A stretch of 32,000 nt of DNA, taken from positions 2,177,804 through 2,209,803 of the forward strand of contig NZ_CP030032.1 of assembly GCF_003258315.1 (NCBI RefSeq). The letters are read 5' to 3'. Positions 8,198 through 18,111 of the stretch are shown here, piece after piece. This DNA is from Bradymonas sediminis (GTDB taxonomy: Bacteria; Myxococcota_A; Bradymonadia; Bradymonadales; Bradymonadaceae). The notes under the pieces were generated by a model. The model was not told the origin of the DNA and did no database searches. It saw only the letters and a list, made by a program, of their open reading frames with translations. The stretch's first letter is position 1; each line of letters opens with the position of its first letter. The position numbers and the translations under genes were made by a program.

Positions 8198-9553
8198 TTA
8201 TTTATCGATATATTTGGCGAGCTTATCGATATTGTCGCGCGTCGTCTTTTCGGTGACGGCGACCATCAGATAATTTTCCCAGTCGGGGTTGATACGCCCC
8301 ATATCGAAGCCGGGCATGATGCCGTCGGCGCTGGCCTCGGCGACGATATCGCTGGCCTTGGCGCGGGTCTCCAGGACGAACTCGTTGAAGATCGGCCCCG
8401 AAAAACGTCGGCGCGCGCCGCCGTTCTCGGTGAGCTTTTCGAGGGCGTATTTGGCGCGCGAGAAGTTAAGCTTTGCCACGTCGCGCAGGCCCTCTTTGCC
8501 CATCAGGCTCAGATAAATGGCCGCGGCCAGGGCCATCAAGCCCTGGTTGGTGCAGATATTACTGGTCGCCTTTTCGCGCCGGATATGCTGCTCACGGGTC
8601 GACAGCGTCAGGACATAACCCTCGCGCCCCTCGGTGTCGACGGTATAGCCGGCCAGGCGCCCGGGCATCTTGCGCACCAGTTGCTCGCGGCAGCCGAAGA
8701 TGCCGAGCGCCGGGCCGCCGTAGCCCATCGGGATGCCGAGGCTTGTGCCCTCTCCGGCGATGATATCAGCGCCGAAATGCCCGGGAGGCGTAGTCAGCGC
8801 GAAGGCCAGCGCCTCGTTAAAGCAGGAGACGACCTGGATTTTATGCGAATGCGCCCACTCGATCATCTCGCGCGGGTCCTCCAAGACGCCAAAGAAGTTC
8901 GGGGATTGATAGATAATACACGCGGTCTTATCGGGCTCGTCCACCGCCTTTTGCAGTGATTCGAGCGAGAAGCGACCGGTCTGTGGGTCCACCCCGAACT
9001 CGCGATATACATCGCCCTGGGCCGCCAAATAGGTCTTAATGACGTCGCGGTATTCGGGGTGCACCGACTCGGCGACGAAGACATAGTCGCGCTTTCGGCC
9101 GACGCGCTGGGCCATCAGCGCGGCCTCGGCGGTGGCGTGCGCGCCGTCATACATCGACGCGTTCGCGATCGGCACACCCAGCAGCTCGGCGACCATCGAC
9201 TGAAACTCGAAGATCGCCTTGGTCGTGCCCTGGCTAATCTCGGGCTGATACGGCGTGTAGGAGGTATAATACTCGGCGCGCAGCAAGAGCTGATTGAGCG
9301 CGTGGGGCGAGTGATGGTTATACATCCCGGCCCCCAGAAACGAGACCGTCTCGGGCGAGGCGACCTGATTCTTGGCGGCCAGCAGCCCGAGGTCGCGCTC
9401 AAGCGACAGCTCGCTCTGCGGCTCGGCGAGCGCCAACTTCCCCTTAAAGCGATACTCGGCGGGGATCTGCTCGAAGAGCTCTTCGATCGACTCCACGCCG
9501 ATCGCCTCGAGCATCGACTCGATATCTTCCAGGGTATGTGGCAAATAACGCAT
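8198..9553 (-). CDS. gcvPA: glycine dehydrogenase (aminomethyl-transferring), subunit 1
   Basis: 451 aa. MRYLPHT-EDI-MLEAIGV-SIEELF-IP… is the typical GcvPA N-terminus, and …SYTPYQPEISQG… is present. Last gene of the gcv cluster. Confidence 0.93.
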   Translation of the reverse strand: MRYLPHTLEDIESMLEAIGVESIEELFEQIPAEYRFKGKLALAEPQSELSLERDLGLLAAKNQVASPETVSFLGAGMYNHHSPHALNQLLLRAEYYTSYTPYQPEISQGTTKAIFEFQSMVAELLGVPIANASMYDGAHATAEAALMAQRVGRKRDYVFVAESVHPEYRDVIKTYLAAQGDVYREFGVDPQTGRFSLESLQKAVDEPDKTACIIYQSPNFFGVLEDPREMIEWAHSHKIQVVSCFNEALAFALTTPPGHFGADIIAGEGTSLGIPMGYGGPALGIFGCREQLVRKMPGRLAGYTVDTEGREGYVLTLSTREQHIRREKATSNICTNQGLMALAAAIYLSLMGKEGLRDVAKLNFSRAKYALEKLTENGGARRRFSGPIFNEFVLETRAKASDIVAEASADGIMPGFDMGRINPDWENYLMVAVTEKTTRDNIDKLAKYIDK

Positions 9554-9616
9554 GATAACCTCGTTTCTAACAAGCCGTAAAAGCCAGCCTCAACTCAGCA
9601 CGCCCAGCCCATCTAC

Positions 9617-10003
9617 TTAGCCGCGCTCGACAAATGCACGATACTCGTCGGCGTCCATCAGGTCGTTGAACTCCTGAATGTCGTCGGGGCGCACGCGCAT
9701 CATCCAGCCCTCGTCAAAGGGGCTCTCATTGATGGTCTGCGGGGCGTCCTCAAGCTCCATATTGACCACGATGACCTCGCCGCTGATCGGCGCGTAGAGG
9801 TCCGAGGCTGCCTTGACGCTCTCGAGCACGCCGAACTCTTCGCCGCTCTCGATGGAGTCGCCTTCTTCGGGCAGCTCGACATAGACGATATCGCCCAGCA
9901 GATCCTGGGCGTGCCAGGAGATGCCAATGGTGATGCTGCCGTCCTCTTCCTCGCGGGCCCACTCATGTTCTTCGGAGAATCGGTAACCTTCTGGGATTTC
10001 CAT
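9617..10003 (-). CDS. gcvH: glycine cleavage system H protein
   Basis: 128 aa with the lipoyl-lysine motif ESVKAASDLYAPISGEV. Confidence 0.95.
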   Translation of the reverse strand: MEIPEGYRFSEEHEWAREEEDGSITIGISWHAQDLLGDIVYVELPEEGDSIESGEEFGVLESVKAASDLYAPISGEVIVVNMELEDAPQTINESPFDEGWMMRVRPDDIQEFNDLMDADEYRAFVERG

Positions 10004-10089
10004 AATTTTGCTCGCAAATTGCTAAAAAGATTGAATTGAATAGTACGAAATGAAACGCATCATTCGCGGTGGCGAATCATGCAAAAAAC

Positions 10090-11208
10090 CTAATCGCGCT
10101 TGTAAAAAGGCTTGCTGGTGAGTTGGGCGGGGACGCGTTTTTTTCGAATCTGGATGTCGACCATCGGCGCATCCGCAAATTCGAGGTCGATGTACCCCAG
10201 CCCAATGCTTTCTTCAAGCGTCGGCCCCCACGATCCGCTGGTGACTTCGCCCACGCGTTGCTCCCCGATATAGATCTCATATCCGGGGCGAATCATGCCT
10301 TTTCCCTGCAGGACGAAGCCGCAAAGCTTGCGGGTGAGTCCGCGCTCTTTGATCGACTTGAGCGCGTCCTGCCCGACAAAAGGTGTCTTCTTTTTAAGCT
10401 TCACTGTCCAGCCTAAACCGGCCTCAAATGGGTTGGTTGTTTCATCCATTTCCTGGCCATAGAGGTTAAAGCGCGCCTCGAGCCGAAGCGTGTCGCGACA
10501 ACCCAGCCCGCACATCGCCAGGTCGAAGTCTTCGCCGGCCTCAAGCGTCGCGTCAAACACCGCCTCAGCCTGCGCCACCGGGATATACAACTCGAAGCCG
10601 TCCTCGCCGGTATAGCCGGTGCGTGACACCAACATCTCGACGCCGGCGACCACGCCGCGCCGCGCCCGATAGTAGCGCAGCGCCTCGAAGGCGTCGGCCT
10701 CATCGGGGGCGAGCGCCTTGAGAAGATCGATGGCCCTGGGGCCCTGGATGGCCAGCAGCACGTATTGGTCGCTGGTGTCTCGGAGCTCGGCGTCGCCGCG
10801 CGCGTTCGCCTTCATATGGGCAAGATCTTCGGCACGCCGGCTCGCGTTCACGCAGACCATCACATGATCTTCGGCGAGTCGATAGACCAGGACGTCGTCG
10901 ATGATGCCGCCCTCTTCGTTACATAAGGCGGCGTACATGGCCTGGCCGTCGACCAGCTTGGAGGCGTCGTTGGTCACCAGGCCGTCGATCATCGCGATGG
11001 CGTCGGGGCCGACGAACTCAACCTCGCCCATATGACTGACGTCAAAGAGGCCGACGCCATTGCGCACCGCGAGATGCTCCTCCTTAATCCCCGCGTATTG
11101 CAGCGGCATCATATATCCCGCGAACGGGGTCATCCGCGCGCCGAGCTCGCGGTGACGGTGCTCAAGCGGGATGGACTTCGTATCGGTGCTCTCTTGCGCG
11201 TCAGACAT
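10090..11208 (-). CDS. gcvT: glycine cleavage system aminomethyltransferase T
   Basis: 372 aa. …PLEHRHRELGARMTPFAGYMMPLQY…GLFDVSHMG… are canonical GcvT motifs. GGAGA Shine-Dalgarno sequence upstream of the ATG. Confidence 0.95.
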   Translation of the reverse strand: MSDAQESTDTKSIPLEHRHRELGARMTPFAGYMMPLQYAGIKEEHLAVRNGVGLFDVSHMGEVEFVGPDAIAMIDGLVTNDASKLVDGQAMYAALCNEEGGIIDDVLVYRLAEDHVMVCVNASRRAEDLAHMKANARGDAELRDTSDQYVLLAIQGPRAIDLLKALAPDEADAFEALRYYRARRGVVAGVEMLVSRTGYTGEDGFELYIPVAQAEAVFDATLEAGEDFDLAMCGLGCRDTLRLEARFNLYGQEMDETTNPFEAGLGWTVKLKKKTPFVGQDALKSIKERGLTRKLCGFVLQGKGMIRPGYEIYIGEQRVGEVTSGSWGPTLEESIGLGYIDLEFADAPMVDIQIRKKRVPAQLTSKPFYKRD

Positions 11209-11258
11209 GTCGGTCTCCGATTTTGGTGGCAGCTAACGAATCAATCGATATCAAAAAG

Positions 11259-12212
11259 TCAGCGGGTCTTATCACAGATCTCACCGCCACGAATGACCAG
11301 GTGATGGGCGGCCAGGGTTGCGTGGAGCGTGTTTTCCATGAGCGTCGCCACGGTCATCGGGCCGACGCCGCCGGGCACCGGCGTAATAAGTGAGGCGCGC
11401 TCGCGCGCGACCTCGAACTCAACATCGCCCTGCAGCGAGCCGTCGGCCATGCGGCTGATGCCGACGTCGATGACCACCGCCCCGGGTTTAACCCAGGCGC
11501 CCTTGATGAGCTCGGCCACGCCCGTGGCGACGACCAGGATATCGGCGCGCTGCACGATATCGGCGAGGTTCTCGGTAAAGCGGTGACAGACCGTGACGGT
11601 CGCGTTGGCGCGCACGAGCATCTGGGCCATCGGGCGCCCCACGATCATAGAGCGCCCCACGACCACCGCCTGTTTGCCGGCGCAGTCCACGCCGCTTGCC
11701 GCGAGCAGCGTCATGATGCCTCGCGGCGTGCAGGGCTCCAGGTTAGCCTGGCCGCTCATCAGCCGGCCAAGATTATTCGGGTGAAACCCATCGACATCTT
11801 TGTGCGGGGCGACCGTCATAATCGCCTCTTCGGAATCGTGATGCGCCGACAGCGGCAATTGCAACAGAACCCCATTCACCGCCGGGTCCGCGTTGACGCG
11901 GCGCAGCTCGGCCAGGAGCTCCTGCTGGGAGATATCGGCCGGCAGATGCAGGTGCGAGCTCTCAATGCCGACCTTTTTGCACGCGCGAATCTTATGGCGC
12001 ACGTAGATCTCGCTGGCCGGGTCATCTCCCACGCGCACCACACAGAGATGCGCACGAACCTCGCGCTCGGCGAGCAATTGGGTCGCGTCTTTGATCTGGG
12101 CGAGCAAGGCGTTCGCAATCTTTTTGCCATCGAGCAACTTCGGCGCGGCGCTCGAGGCGGCCTGGCGAAGCGGCGTGATAGCGGCTTTAAAATGGGGTTC
12201 AAAAGCGCTCAT
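11259..12212 (-). CDS. folD: bifunctional methylenetetrahydrofolate dehydrogenase/cyclohydrolase
   Basis: …LDGKKIA…VRVGDDPASEIYVRHK…VVVGRSMIVGRPMA…ITPVPGGVGPMT… The 317-aa model has about 25 extra N-terminal residues compared with typical FolD. An internal TTG (KLLDGK) could be the true start. Confidence 0.9.
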   Translation of the reverse strand: MSAFEPHFKAAITPLRQAASSAAPKLLDGKKIANALLAQIKDATQLLAEREVRAHLCVVRVGDDPASEIYVRHKIRACKKVGIESSHLHLPADISQQELLAELRRVNADPAVNGVLLQLPLSAHHDSEEAIMTVAPHKDVDGFHPNNLGRLMSGQANLEPCTPRGIMTLLAASGVDCAGKQAVVVGRSMIVGRPMAQMLVRANATVTVCHRFTENLADIVQRADILVVATGVAELIKGAWVKPGAVVIDVGISRMADGSLQGDVEFEVARERASLITPVPGGVGPMTVATLMENTLHATLAAHHLVIRGGEICDKTR

Positions 12213-12421
12213 AAAAACTCATTTCCTGGTTCGTGAAACAGCCGGAAATCGGCCGCGTCGAGCGCACTATAGCAGCGCATTCGGCGGTGTCTACCGGGTC
12301 TTCGTGGAGGCAAACCAGCCAGCGGTGGGGTTCATTCGATTTTTGATTAGTTGGGCGGTTTTGTTCCGTCTCGCGCGGGCATTATATGTTGTTAGCGTCA
12401 CACTAACCCCGAAACTGAGCT

Positions 12422-12596
12422 TGATTCAGTTTTCCGGACACATCGAAGATGTATAATCACAGAAACTCAACGAGGTGTTCAAATGAAACGGCATCCAAAA
12501 GAATTCAAGCACGAGGCGGTTCGCCTGCCCTATCTCGACGACCGCAGTGACGTTGCTCTCAGCTCCGATTCACGGACTCGCCACAACGTGTTTTAA
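12422..12596 (+). mobile_element. IS3-family left-end remnant (terminal IR plus first ~37 codons of orfA)
   Basis: TG-initiated end TGATTCAGTTTTCCGGACAC (12422-12441). 61 nt later an ATG (12483) opens MKRHPKEFKHEAVRL…, matching the IS3 OrfA N-terminal signature (EFK-EAV-L). The match degenerates to a stop at 12594-12596. The region is visibly lower in GC. Confidence 0.5.
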
Positions 12597-12682
12597 AGCC
12601 CCCTGCATATAGCATATTATTTGGGCAGCGCCCGGATATCACAACGATTTACGCACACCTCCGGTGCGAGCATATCAACAGT

Positions 12683-13663
12683 TCATTCCTCCAATAAACC
12701 ATCAAGATACACCGCCAACCTTTGGTCCAAAACCAGGACCTCCTGCTCCAACCAAACGCCGTCACTCGCAAGCCGCTGGACCCACTCAGGCGCGTCGCCA
12801 AGATCGAGGTCGGCGGGCCACCCTTTCATTTGGCCACGGTGCGCGACCTGCTCCTGCCAAAACGGCGGGAGAGCCCAGATAAGATCGGGACGCAGGCTTC
12901 GCAGATGCTTCATAATACCAAAACCATCGTGATCGAGGTCGCCGAAATGAACCACCGGCGTGGTCGAAAGAAGCTCCAGAAGATACCGCGCCGTCGCCGT
13001 ATTCCAACCCGGAACAAACGCAACCATCCACCCGGGCGGCACCTGAATATCGACAAAAGTGCCCAGATTTTCGACGGTCAACAACGCCTTCGGCAGCACA
13101 CCCCGAAGCTGCGTTCCATCGAGCAAAGCCCGCTCCGTCAGGACTAACTCTCCCAGGCATTCGGCAAGCGCGTTGGCATCCAATTCGGCGGTGTTTCGGA
13201 TCACGCTCAAACCAGCATTTGGGCGGATTCGAACCAGCCCATCCCGCGTCACTTCGACCTCGTCAATGGCCTCCCGCTGCTCCTCACTAAGCGTTGCCTT
13301 GGAATGAACACCGAGCACCGCGTTCGCCGTACGTTGGTTGAGACGCCGATGCCTCATTTCCGGCAAGGCTTCGACGCGCCGCTTTTCGCCCAGACTTCGA
13401 TAGCCATGCAGGTCCACCTTCAAGCCCCGGCGGCGCAGCTCCGCCTCAACCTCGCGCCATGTGGGGAAGACACGATCGAGCATCGTTTCAAGCGCCGGTC
13501 GGGATGCCTCATCGAGCGCCAATTCACGGTGCCGCGCGCTCCGGCGCGACCACGGTAGTTCGGCGAGTTCCTCCCAGGCGGCCGCCTGAGATTTGCGACG
13601 TTTTAGGGTGCCCGACGCCCAAAATTCGAGCAGGGCGAGCTGGTGGGCCTCATTACTCCACAT
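12683..13663 (-). CDS. jetD: Wadjet JetD / MksG-like Toprim (topo VI-like, DUF2220-type) nuclease subunit
   Basis: 326 aa. Toprim-like acidic set E198 (LLTVENLGTF) and D242-x-D244 (VVHFGDLDHDGFGI), C-terminal WLEQE. The ATG overlaps the jetC stop (TGATG, 13661-13665). Confidence 0.85.
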   Translation of the reverse strand: MWSNEAHQLALLEFWASGTLKRRKSQAAAWEELAELPWSRRSARHRELALDEASRPALETMLDRVFPTWREVEAELRRRGLKVDLHGYRSLGEKRRVEALPEMRHRRLNQRTANAVLGVHSKATLSEEQREAIDEVEVTRDGLVRIRPNAGLSVIRNTAELDANALAECLGELVLTERALLDGTQLRGVLPKALLTVENLGTFVDIQVPPGWMVAFVPGWNTATARYLLELLSTTPVVHFGDLDHDGFGIMKHLRSLRPDLIWALPPFWQEQVAHRGQMKGWPADLDLGDAPEWVQRLASDGVWLEQEVLVLDQRLAVYLDGLLEE

Positions 13664-16600
13664 CAGGCGTCGCTCCCTATCGCGCGCCGGCCGGTCACCC
13701 GGACCACCTCGCGCGCATCTTCGTCGACCTGGCGAATAAGCCGATACGTCGTGTTTCCCTGCGCCTGCGCAATCTCAGGTGCCGCGATTAGCAACTGAAG
13801 CTCCAGGTTTTCGCAGAGCTCGAAGAGCACGCCCAAATTATCCTGTGAGAGCCGATTCGCCTCGTCGAGAAAGAGAAAACGCAGCGTCCCACTGGAGCGC
13901 TTTGCGCGCAGCAAATTCGCGCTGCGCTCCCACGCGGTCAGGACCACCATCATGATCGCCGCGCCGACCCCAATCGCCTCACCGGTCGACATCTGAGACG
14001 GCTTCGCCCGCTCCCAATCATGCCCCGCCTGGCGCATCACCTCGATCCGCAATTCCAGATATTCACGATAATCCAATAAGCGCTGCCCCCCCGTTTTCCC
14101 GCCACCAAAACGCGTCGCGATATTCGCCATCGCATCCTCAAAGGACATCTCGGTTTGGAAGAGAAATTTCTGCGCCTCCTCACTGCGCAGCGCCTCCAAG
14201 ACACGCTCCTGGCGCTCGACGCGGTCCACCCGAATTCGCAACCCGTGGATGCTCCCAAATCGAATCTCGCGCAGCTCCTTATTTAACTGCGTCACTTGCC
14301 GATTCGCTTTACGCCGCTGCGTCTCGATATTGCGCGCAACATCCGCAGATTTCCCGCGCAGACTTCTCTCCTGACCGTCCAACTTCGCGCTGAGCTGCTC
14401 CAAATGAATCCGCAGACGCTTAAGCGAGGCGAGCGGGTCATCGCCCTCGGCGATCTGCAAGGGCACACGTCGCCGAAGCCAATCGCGCGCGCCCAGCCAG
14501 GCCCGCAAATAGGCCAACCCCGACTCACCTTTGGTGCCGTCGAGCGCGTCGCGAACTTTCTGCGCTCTTTCAATCCCACCCTCGGATTGCCCGAGACGCT
14601 CTATAAGTAATTTCGCGCTACTTAGAGCCTCCGAAAACAGATTCACCGACCCTTTGTTCTGAGTTTGCTCCAGATAGGCCGGAGTCATCACGCTGCAGAG
14701 AATTCCGGCTTCTTCAGCCTCTTGCTGCAGCCGCTCCCAGCGCGCTGCCTGCGGACGCCACTGAGCTTCTGACTCACTGAGTTCGTTGCGCGCATCCTCA
14801 ACCTTAACTGCCACCGCCTGGTGTCTCACCCGCGCCGCGACGACCGCATCGCCAAGCTCCCGCTCCTGTCTATCGAGCCGCTCAGACTCCGCTCTCCAAC
14901 TCTTATTGGTCTGCTCAGCGCGCACCACCGCTGCATCACTGGCGTCCTCAACACCGGTGGTCGCAAACTCCTCTTTATCCCGCTGAAGTGTGGCGTTTAG
15001 AGCCTTTAATTCCGCGTCCACCAGACGCATGCGCTCACTCGCCGACTCATAATCGACCTCGGCCGCGTCCTGCTCTTTTTGCGCCGCATCACGCGCCTCT
15101 TCGGCCAGCTTCAATTGCGCATTGAGCACCGGGTGAAGCGCCTGCTTTTTTTCCAACGCAGCCGGCGCATCGGACCACTTCAGCGCATGCGAATTCTCGA
15201 CCACTTCACTCAGCGCATCGCGCAAACGCCTCTGCGTATCGCGCTCCTCACACACCTTCACAGCTTGGGCGCGACGCGTCGAAAGCTGCGCCTCGGACAG
15301 AGGAATCTCTCGCAAAATATCAAGCCCCTCTTCCACAATCTGACGCGGCTCAGCCACCGTTTTCACCCGTATTTTTGCCGCGCGCGCGTCGTCTAAACGC
15401 CGCTCAAGCGCACGCGCATGCTCGGCCTGATCGGGCAAATCGAGGAGGTTTGCACTCGGCAAAAGCCCCTGCAGCCCACCGCGTCGTGCCCTGATCTTCT
15501 CAATTTGGGCGCTGAGCCTTTCAAGCTCAAGCGCGTGGCGATGGGCGGTGTTTTTTGCCGCGGCGAACCTCCCCTGAGCCGCGTGCAACTCCGGCGCTGG
15601 GTCCGCGCGCTCAAGAAGCCCGACTTCGGCGAGCAGCACCGTAACACTTGTAAGCGCATCCTCAACGCGGCGCTCATCCGCCACGGCCCGCGCCAACTCT
15701 CCCTCCGCATCGACAACCTCGAGCCCCAATTCCTCGATGAGCTTGGTCCGCGCCCTGCGCCCCAGCGTCGGCTGAGCCGGCACAGTCGTCATGCGATATC
15801 CGCTATAAGCCTCCACGAATACCGCGTCCTCAAAACCCGCACCCTCATCACTCTGCGAGCGCCTCTCCAACTCCTCCGCCAGCCGCGTGCTCTCCTCGAT
15901 AAGCCAGACCGTCTCCGGGCGTCGCGGCTCTTCGGCCAACTTCTTCGCAGCTCGCCAGATATCGTCGACGACAATCGCCTCGGCGAGGGGGCCCAGAAGC
16001 GCCTGCACCCGGCCAGCATCCTCGACCGAAATATTATCAAAATGCCCCGCGAGCAGTTCGCCCTCGGCCGCATCACGCGCCCTCAAAACCTCCGGGCGAA
16101 ACTCACCGCCACCGCCTTCAAGCTGCTCAATTCGCTTCAACAACGCATCAAGTCGAGCGCGCGCTTTTTTGTGGCGCTCGCGAAACGCATCGCGCCTGTC
16201 TCCCAAAAACCTATGCAACGCCTCCACATCGGCGCGACTCTCTAGCGGTCTCTCGGGTTGCCATGCCTTTGCAAGCCTCGCCGCAACTTCGCGCAGCGCG
16301 CGCCAACGCGGAAGCAACGCCTGAAGCGCCTCAATCGAACCCTCCAACTCCCGCACCTCACGCTCGGCCTCATCACTCGCCGCGTGCTCACTCGCCTGAG
16401 CGCCCCGGGCAACTTCCAGCTGCGCATCAGCGCCATCAAAGGCCGCGCGCACATCTTCTTGAGAGCGAAGCTCCGCGTTCGGCTCACTCCAGCGCGCCGC
16501 TTTTTGCCACGCATCTTTTTGCTTCGCCACAAGCACCCGCGCCTTCTCAAGCTGCGCGCTAAACTCTGCCACCTGCGCGCCTAAGCTCTCCAACTCTCGC

Positions 16601-18111
16601 AACGCGCTCAACTCCTGGCGCGCCCTGGCGAGCGCCTGTTGGGCCGAAATAGGCGCGCCGCAAAGCTCAGTGAGCGCCGCCAACACACCCTCATGCTCGC
16701 GGCGACGCTGGTCGGCGGTCTCGAGCTGGCGCTCAAGCACCACGATCCTGCGGTCAAGCTCGCCAACACGCGCCTCACACGCCTGGCGAAAACCCGGCGC
16801 CGTCTCGGCACGCACATCTTCGCCGGGCAACCCACGACGCGCCAATTCAAGCTGCTTAGAAATATGCCTAAAAGCCGAGGCCCGATATCGAAGCCCGTCG
16901 ATTCCCTTCTGAAAATCAGCGAGCCCAAGCGTCGCCGATTTAACGTCTTTCTGAGCATCTTTGTGACGATCTCGCGCAAATGCTCGCGCATCTAAAGCCT
17001 TTTGCTCAGCCTGTTGCGCTTGCTCAAAACGCTCGGCCGCAGCCACTCGTTGCGCCTCGCATTTCGCGATCCGACCCGCAATTTGATGCGCCCCCCGCAC
17101 CGATTCAAGCACTCGCCAGGAATCCTCACTCGCCGCTTTAGCAACCTCTAATTCAGCCACTACTTCCGCACGCTCAAGTTCCTTTTTTTTGAGCTCCGCC
17201 GCCAAATCACGCCCCTTATCTTCAACCCGCTTAAGCTCCTCGCCAGCCCGAATAACCTGCCGATGCAACTCATCCGAGCGCACGCGCGTCGCGTGAATCG
17301 CCGCGCCAAACATTTCCTGCCCCGCCTCAAAGACACCGGTGATCTCGGCCTCCATACGCCGCGAACTCTCGACCTCCATACGCGTGCGCCGACAGGCATC
17401 CAGATTCGCGTGGATGCGCTTTAAGGTGTCCGCCAGACCGGTTTCCTCGCTAAAAAGAAACTCGCGCAGCCTCTTCGTAAGCGCCTGCGAAATCCCCCCG
17501 ACCATGCTCGTGTGCAGCATCTGATTGAATTTGCTGCGCTCCTCACGCTCCGAGAGGCGAAGCGGCGCGACACCGCGCTCAAAGAGTTCGCTAAAATAAT
17601 CGGCTGTCTTCGAATAGCTCTTGAGCTGCGCGCCGCTCAGCGCGGCGAGTTCTTTGAGCCGATTCAACTCCGGAACCGCGTCCAACTCACCGTCCCTTCG
17701 CCCGCGATCAAGCAATAGATCCTGCAGCGAGACATCGTCGGCCAACCCACTAATTATGAAGGGCGTCAGGTTGAGATTTGGCTCCGCTTTCCGCTCCAAA
17801 TGAACCCCCGCAAGTAGCCGCTCACCGCTCCCAAGCCGAAAGTCCAACGCCGCATAAGACGGGCTGTTCGCCTCGCCTAGACGCCCATAAATCCCTTTAT
17901 CGCCCCCGGTCGCCTCCGACACCCCAACATTGCTAAAACGCAAAAACGACAGGTCCGGCAGGAGCACCACATAAGCCGCGATCATCACGGTCGTCTTACC
18001 CGCCCCGTTGGTCCCCTCCAGCGCCGTAACATGTTCGTCGAGCAAATAGCGCTGATAAAAGACGCCCTTCCAATTCACCAGAGCCAACTGTGTTGCGCGA
18101 GTGCGTTTCAC
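13663..18111 (-). CDS. jetC: Wadjet JetC / MksB, MukB-like SMC-family ATPase
   Basis: 1482 aa. Walker A GTNGAGKTT (aa 33-41), a very long A/E/R/L/Q-rich coiled coil, C-terminal Walker B LRFLFLDEA and a MukB-like tail LFELCENLELQLLIAAPE…TTYRLIRQV. GTG start overlaps the jetB stop (GTGA). Confidence 0.9.
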   Translation of the reverse strand: MKRTRATQLALVNWKGVFYQRYLLDEHVTALEGTNGAGKTTVMIAAYVVLLPDLSFLRFSNVGVSEATGGDKGIYGRLGEANSPSYAALDFRLGSGERLLAGVHLERKAEPNLNLTPFIISGLADDVSLQDLLLDRGRRDGELDAVPELNRLKELAALSGAQLKSYSKTADYFSELFERGVAPLRLSEREERSKFNQMLHTSMVGGISQALTKRLREFLFSEETGLADTLKRIHANLDACRRTRMEVESSRRMEAEITGVFEAGQEMFGAAIHATRVRSDELHRQVIRAGEELKRVEDKGRDLAAELKKKELERAEVVAELEVAKAASEDSWRVLESVRGAHQIAGRIAKCEAQRVAAAERFEQAQQAEQKALDARAFARDRHKDAQKDVKSATLGLADFQKGIDGLRYRASAFRHISKQLELARRGLPGEDVRAETAPGFRQACEARVGELDRRIVVLERQLETADQRRREHEGVLAALTELCGAPISAQQALARARQELSALRELESLGAQVAEFSAQLEKARVLVAKQKDAWQKAARWSEPNAELRSQEDVRAAFDGADAQLEVARGAQASEHAASDEAEREVRELEGSIEALQALLPRWRALREVAARLAKAWQPERPLESRADVEALHRFLGDRRDAFRERHKKARARLDALLKRIEQLEGGGGEFRPEVLRARDAAEGELLAGHFDNISVEDAGRVQALLGPLAEAIVVDDIWRAAKKLAEEPRRPETVWLIEESTRLAEELERRSQSDEGAGFEDAVFVEAYSGYRMTTVPAQPTLGRRARTKLIEELGLEVVDAEGELARAVADERRVEDALTSVTVLLAEVGLLERADPAPELHAAQGRFAAAKNTAHRHALELERLSAQIEKIRARRGGLQGLLPSANLLDLPDQAEHARALERRLDDARAAKIRVKTVAEPRQIVEEGLDILREIPLSEAQLSTRRAQAVKVCEERDTQRRLRDALSEVVENSHALKWSDAPAALEKKQALHPVLNAQLKLAEEARDAAQKEQDAAEVDYESASERMRLVDAELKALNATLQRDKEEFATTGVEDASDAAVVRAEQTNKSWRAESERLDRQERELGDAVVAARVRHQAVAVKVEDARNELSESEAQWRPQAARWERLQQEAEEAGILCSVMTPAYLEQTQNKGSVNLFSEALSSAKLLIERLGQSEGGIERAQKVRDALDGTKGESGLAYLRAWLGARDWLRRRVPLQIAEGDDPLASLKRLRIHLEQLSAKLDGQERSLRGKSADVARNIETQRRKANRQVTQLNKELREIRFGSIHGLRIRVDRVERQERVLEALRSEEAQKFLFQTEMSFEDAMANIATRFGGGKTGGQRLLDYREYLELRIEVMRQAGHDWERAKPSQMSTGEAIGVGAAIMMVVLTAWERSANLLRAKRSSGTLRFLFLDEANRLSQDNLGVLFELCENLELQLLIAAPEIAQAQGNTTYRLIRQVDEDAREVVRVTGRRAIGSDA

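Noticed and set aside
11209-12421. Glycine riboswitch or ZTP (pfl) riboswitch upstream of gcvT or folD
   Set aside because: The folD-gcvT spacer is only 50 nt. The folD leader lacks the conserved cores as I remember them (GGAGAG…ACCGAAGGGGCAA for glycine, GGGTCGTGACTGGCG…CCGCCTGGGC for ZTP). A covariance-model scan would be the decisive check.
14296-17718. Multiple plus-strand ORFs (up to 275 aa) inside jetC and jetA
   Set aside because: They are antisense to the continuous 1482-aa SMC-like frame, are Arg/Leu/Pro-rich and have no motifs.
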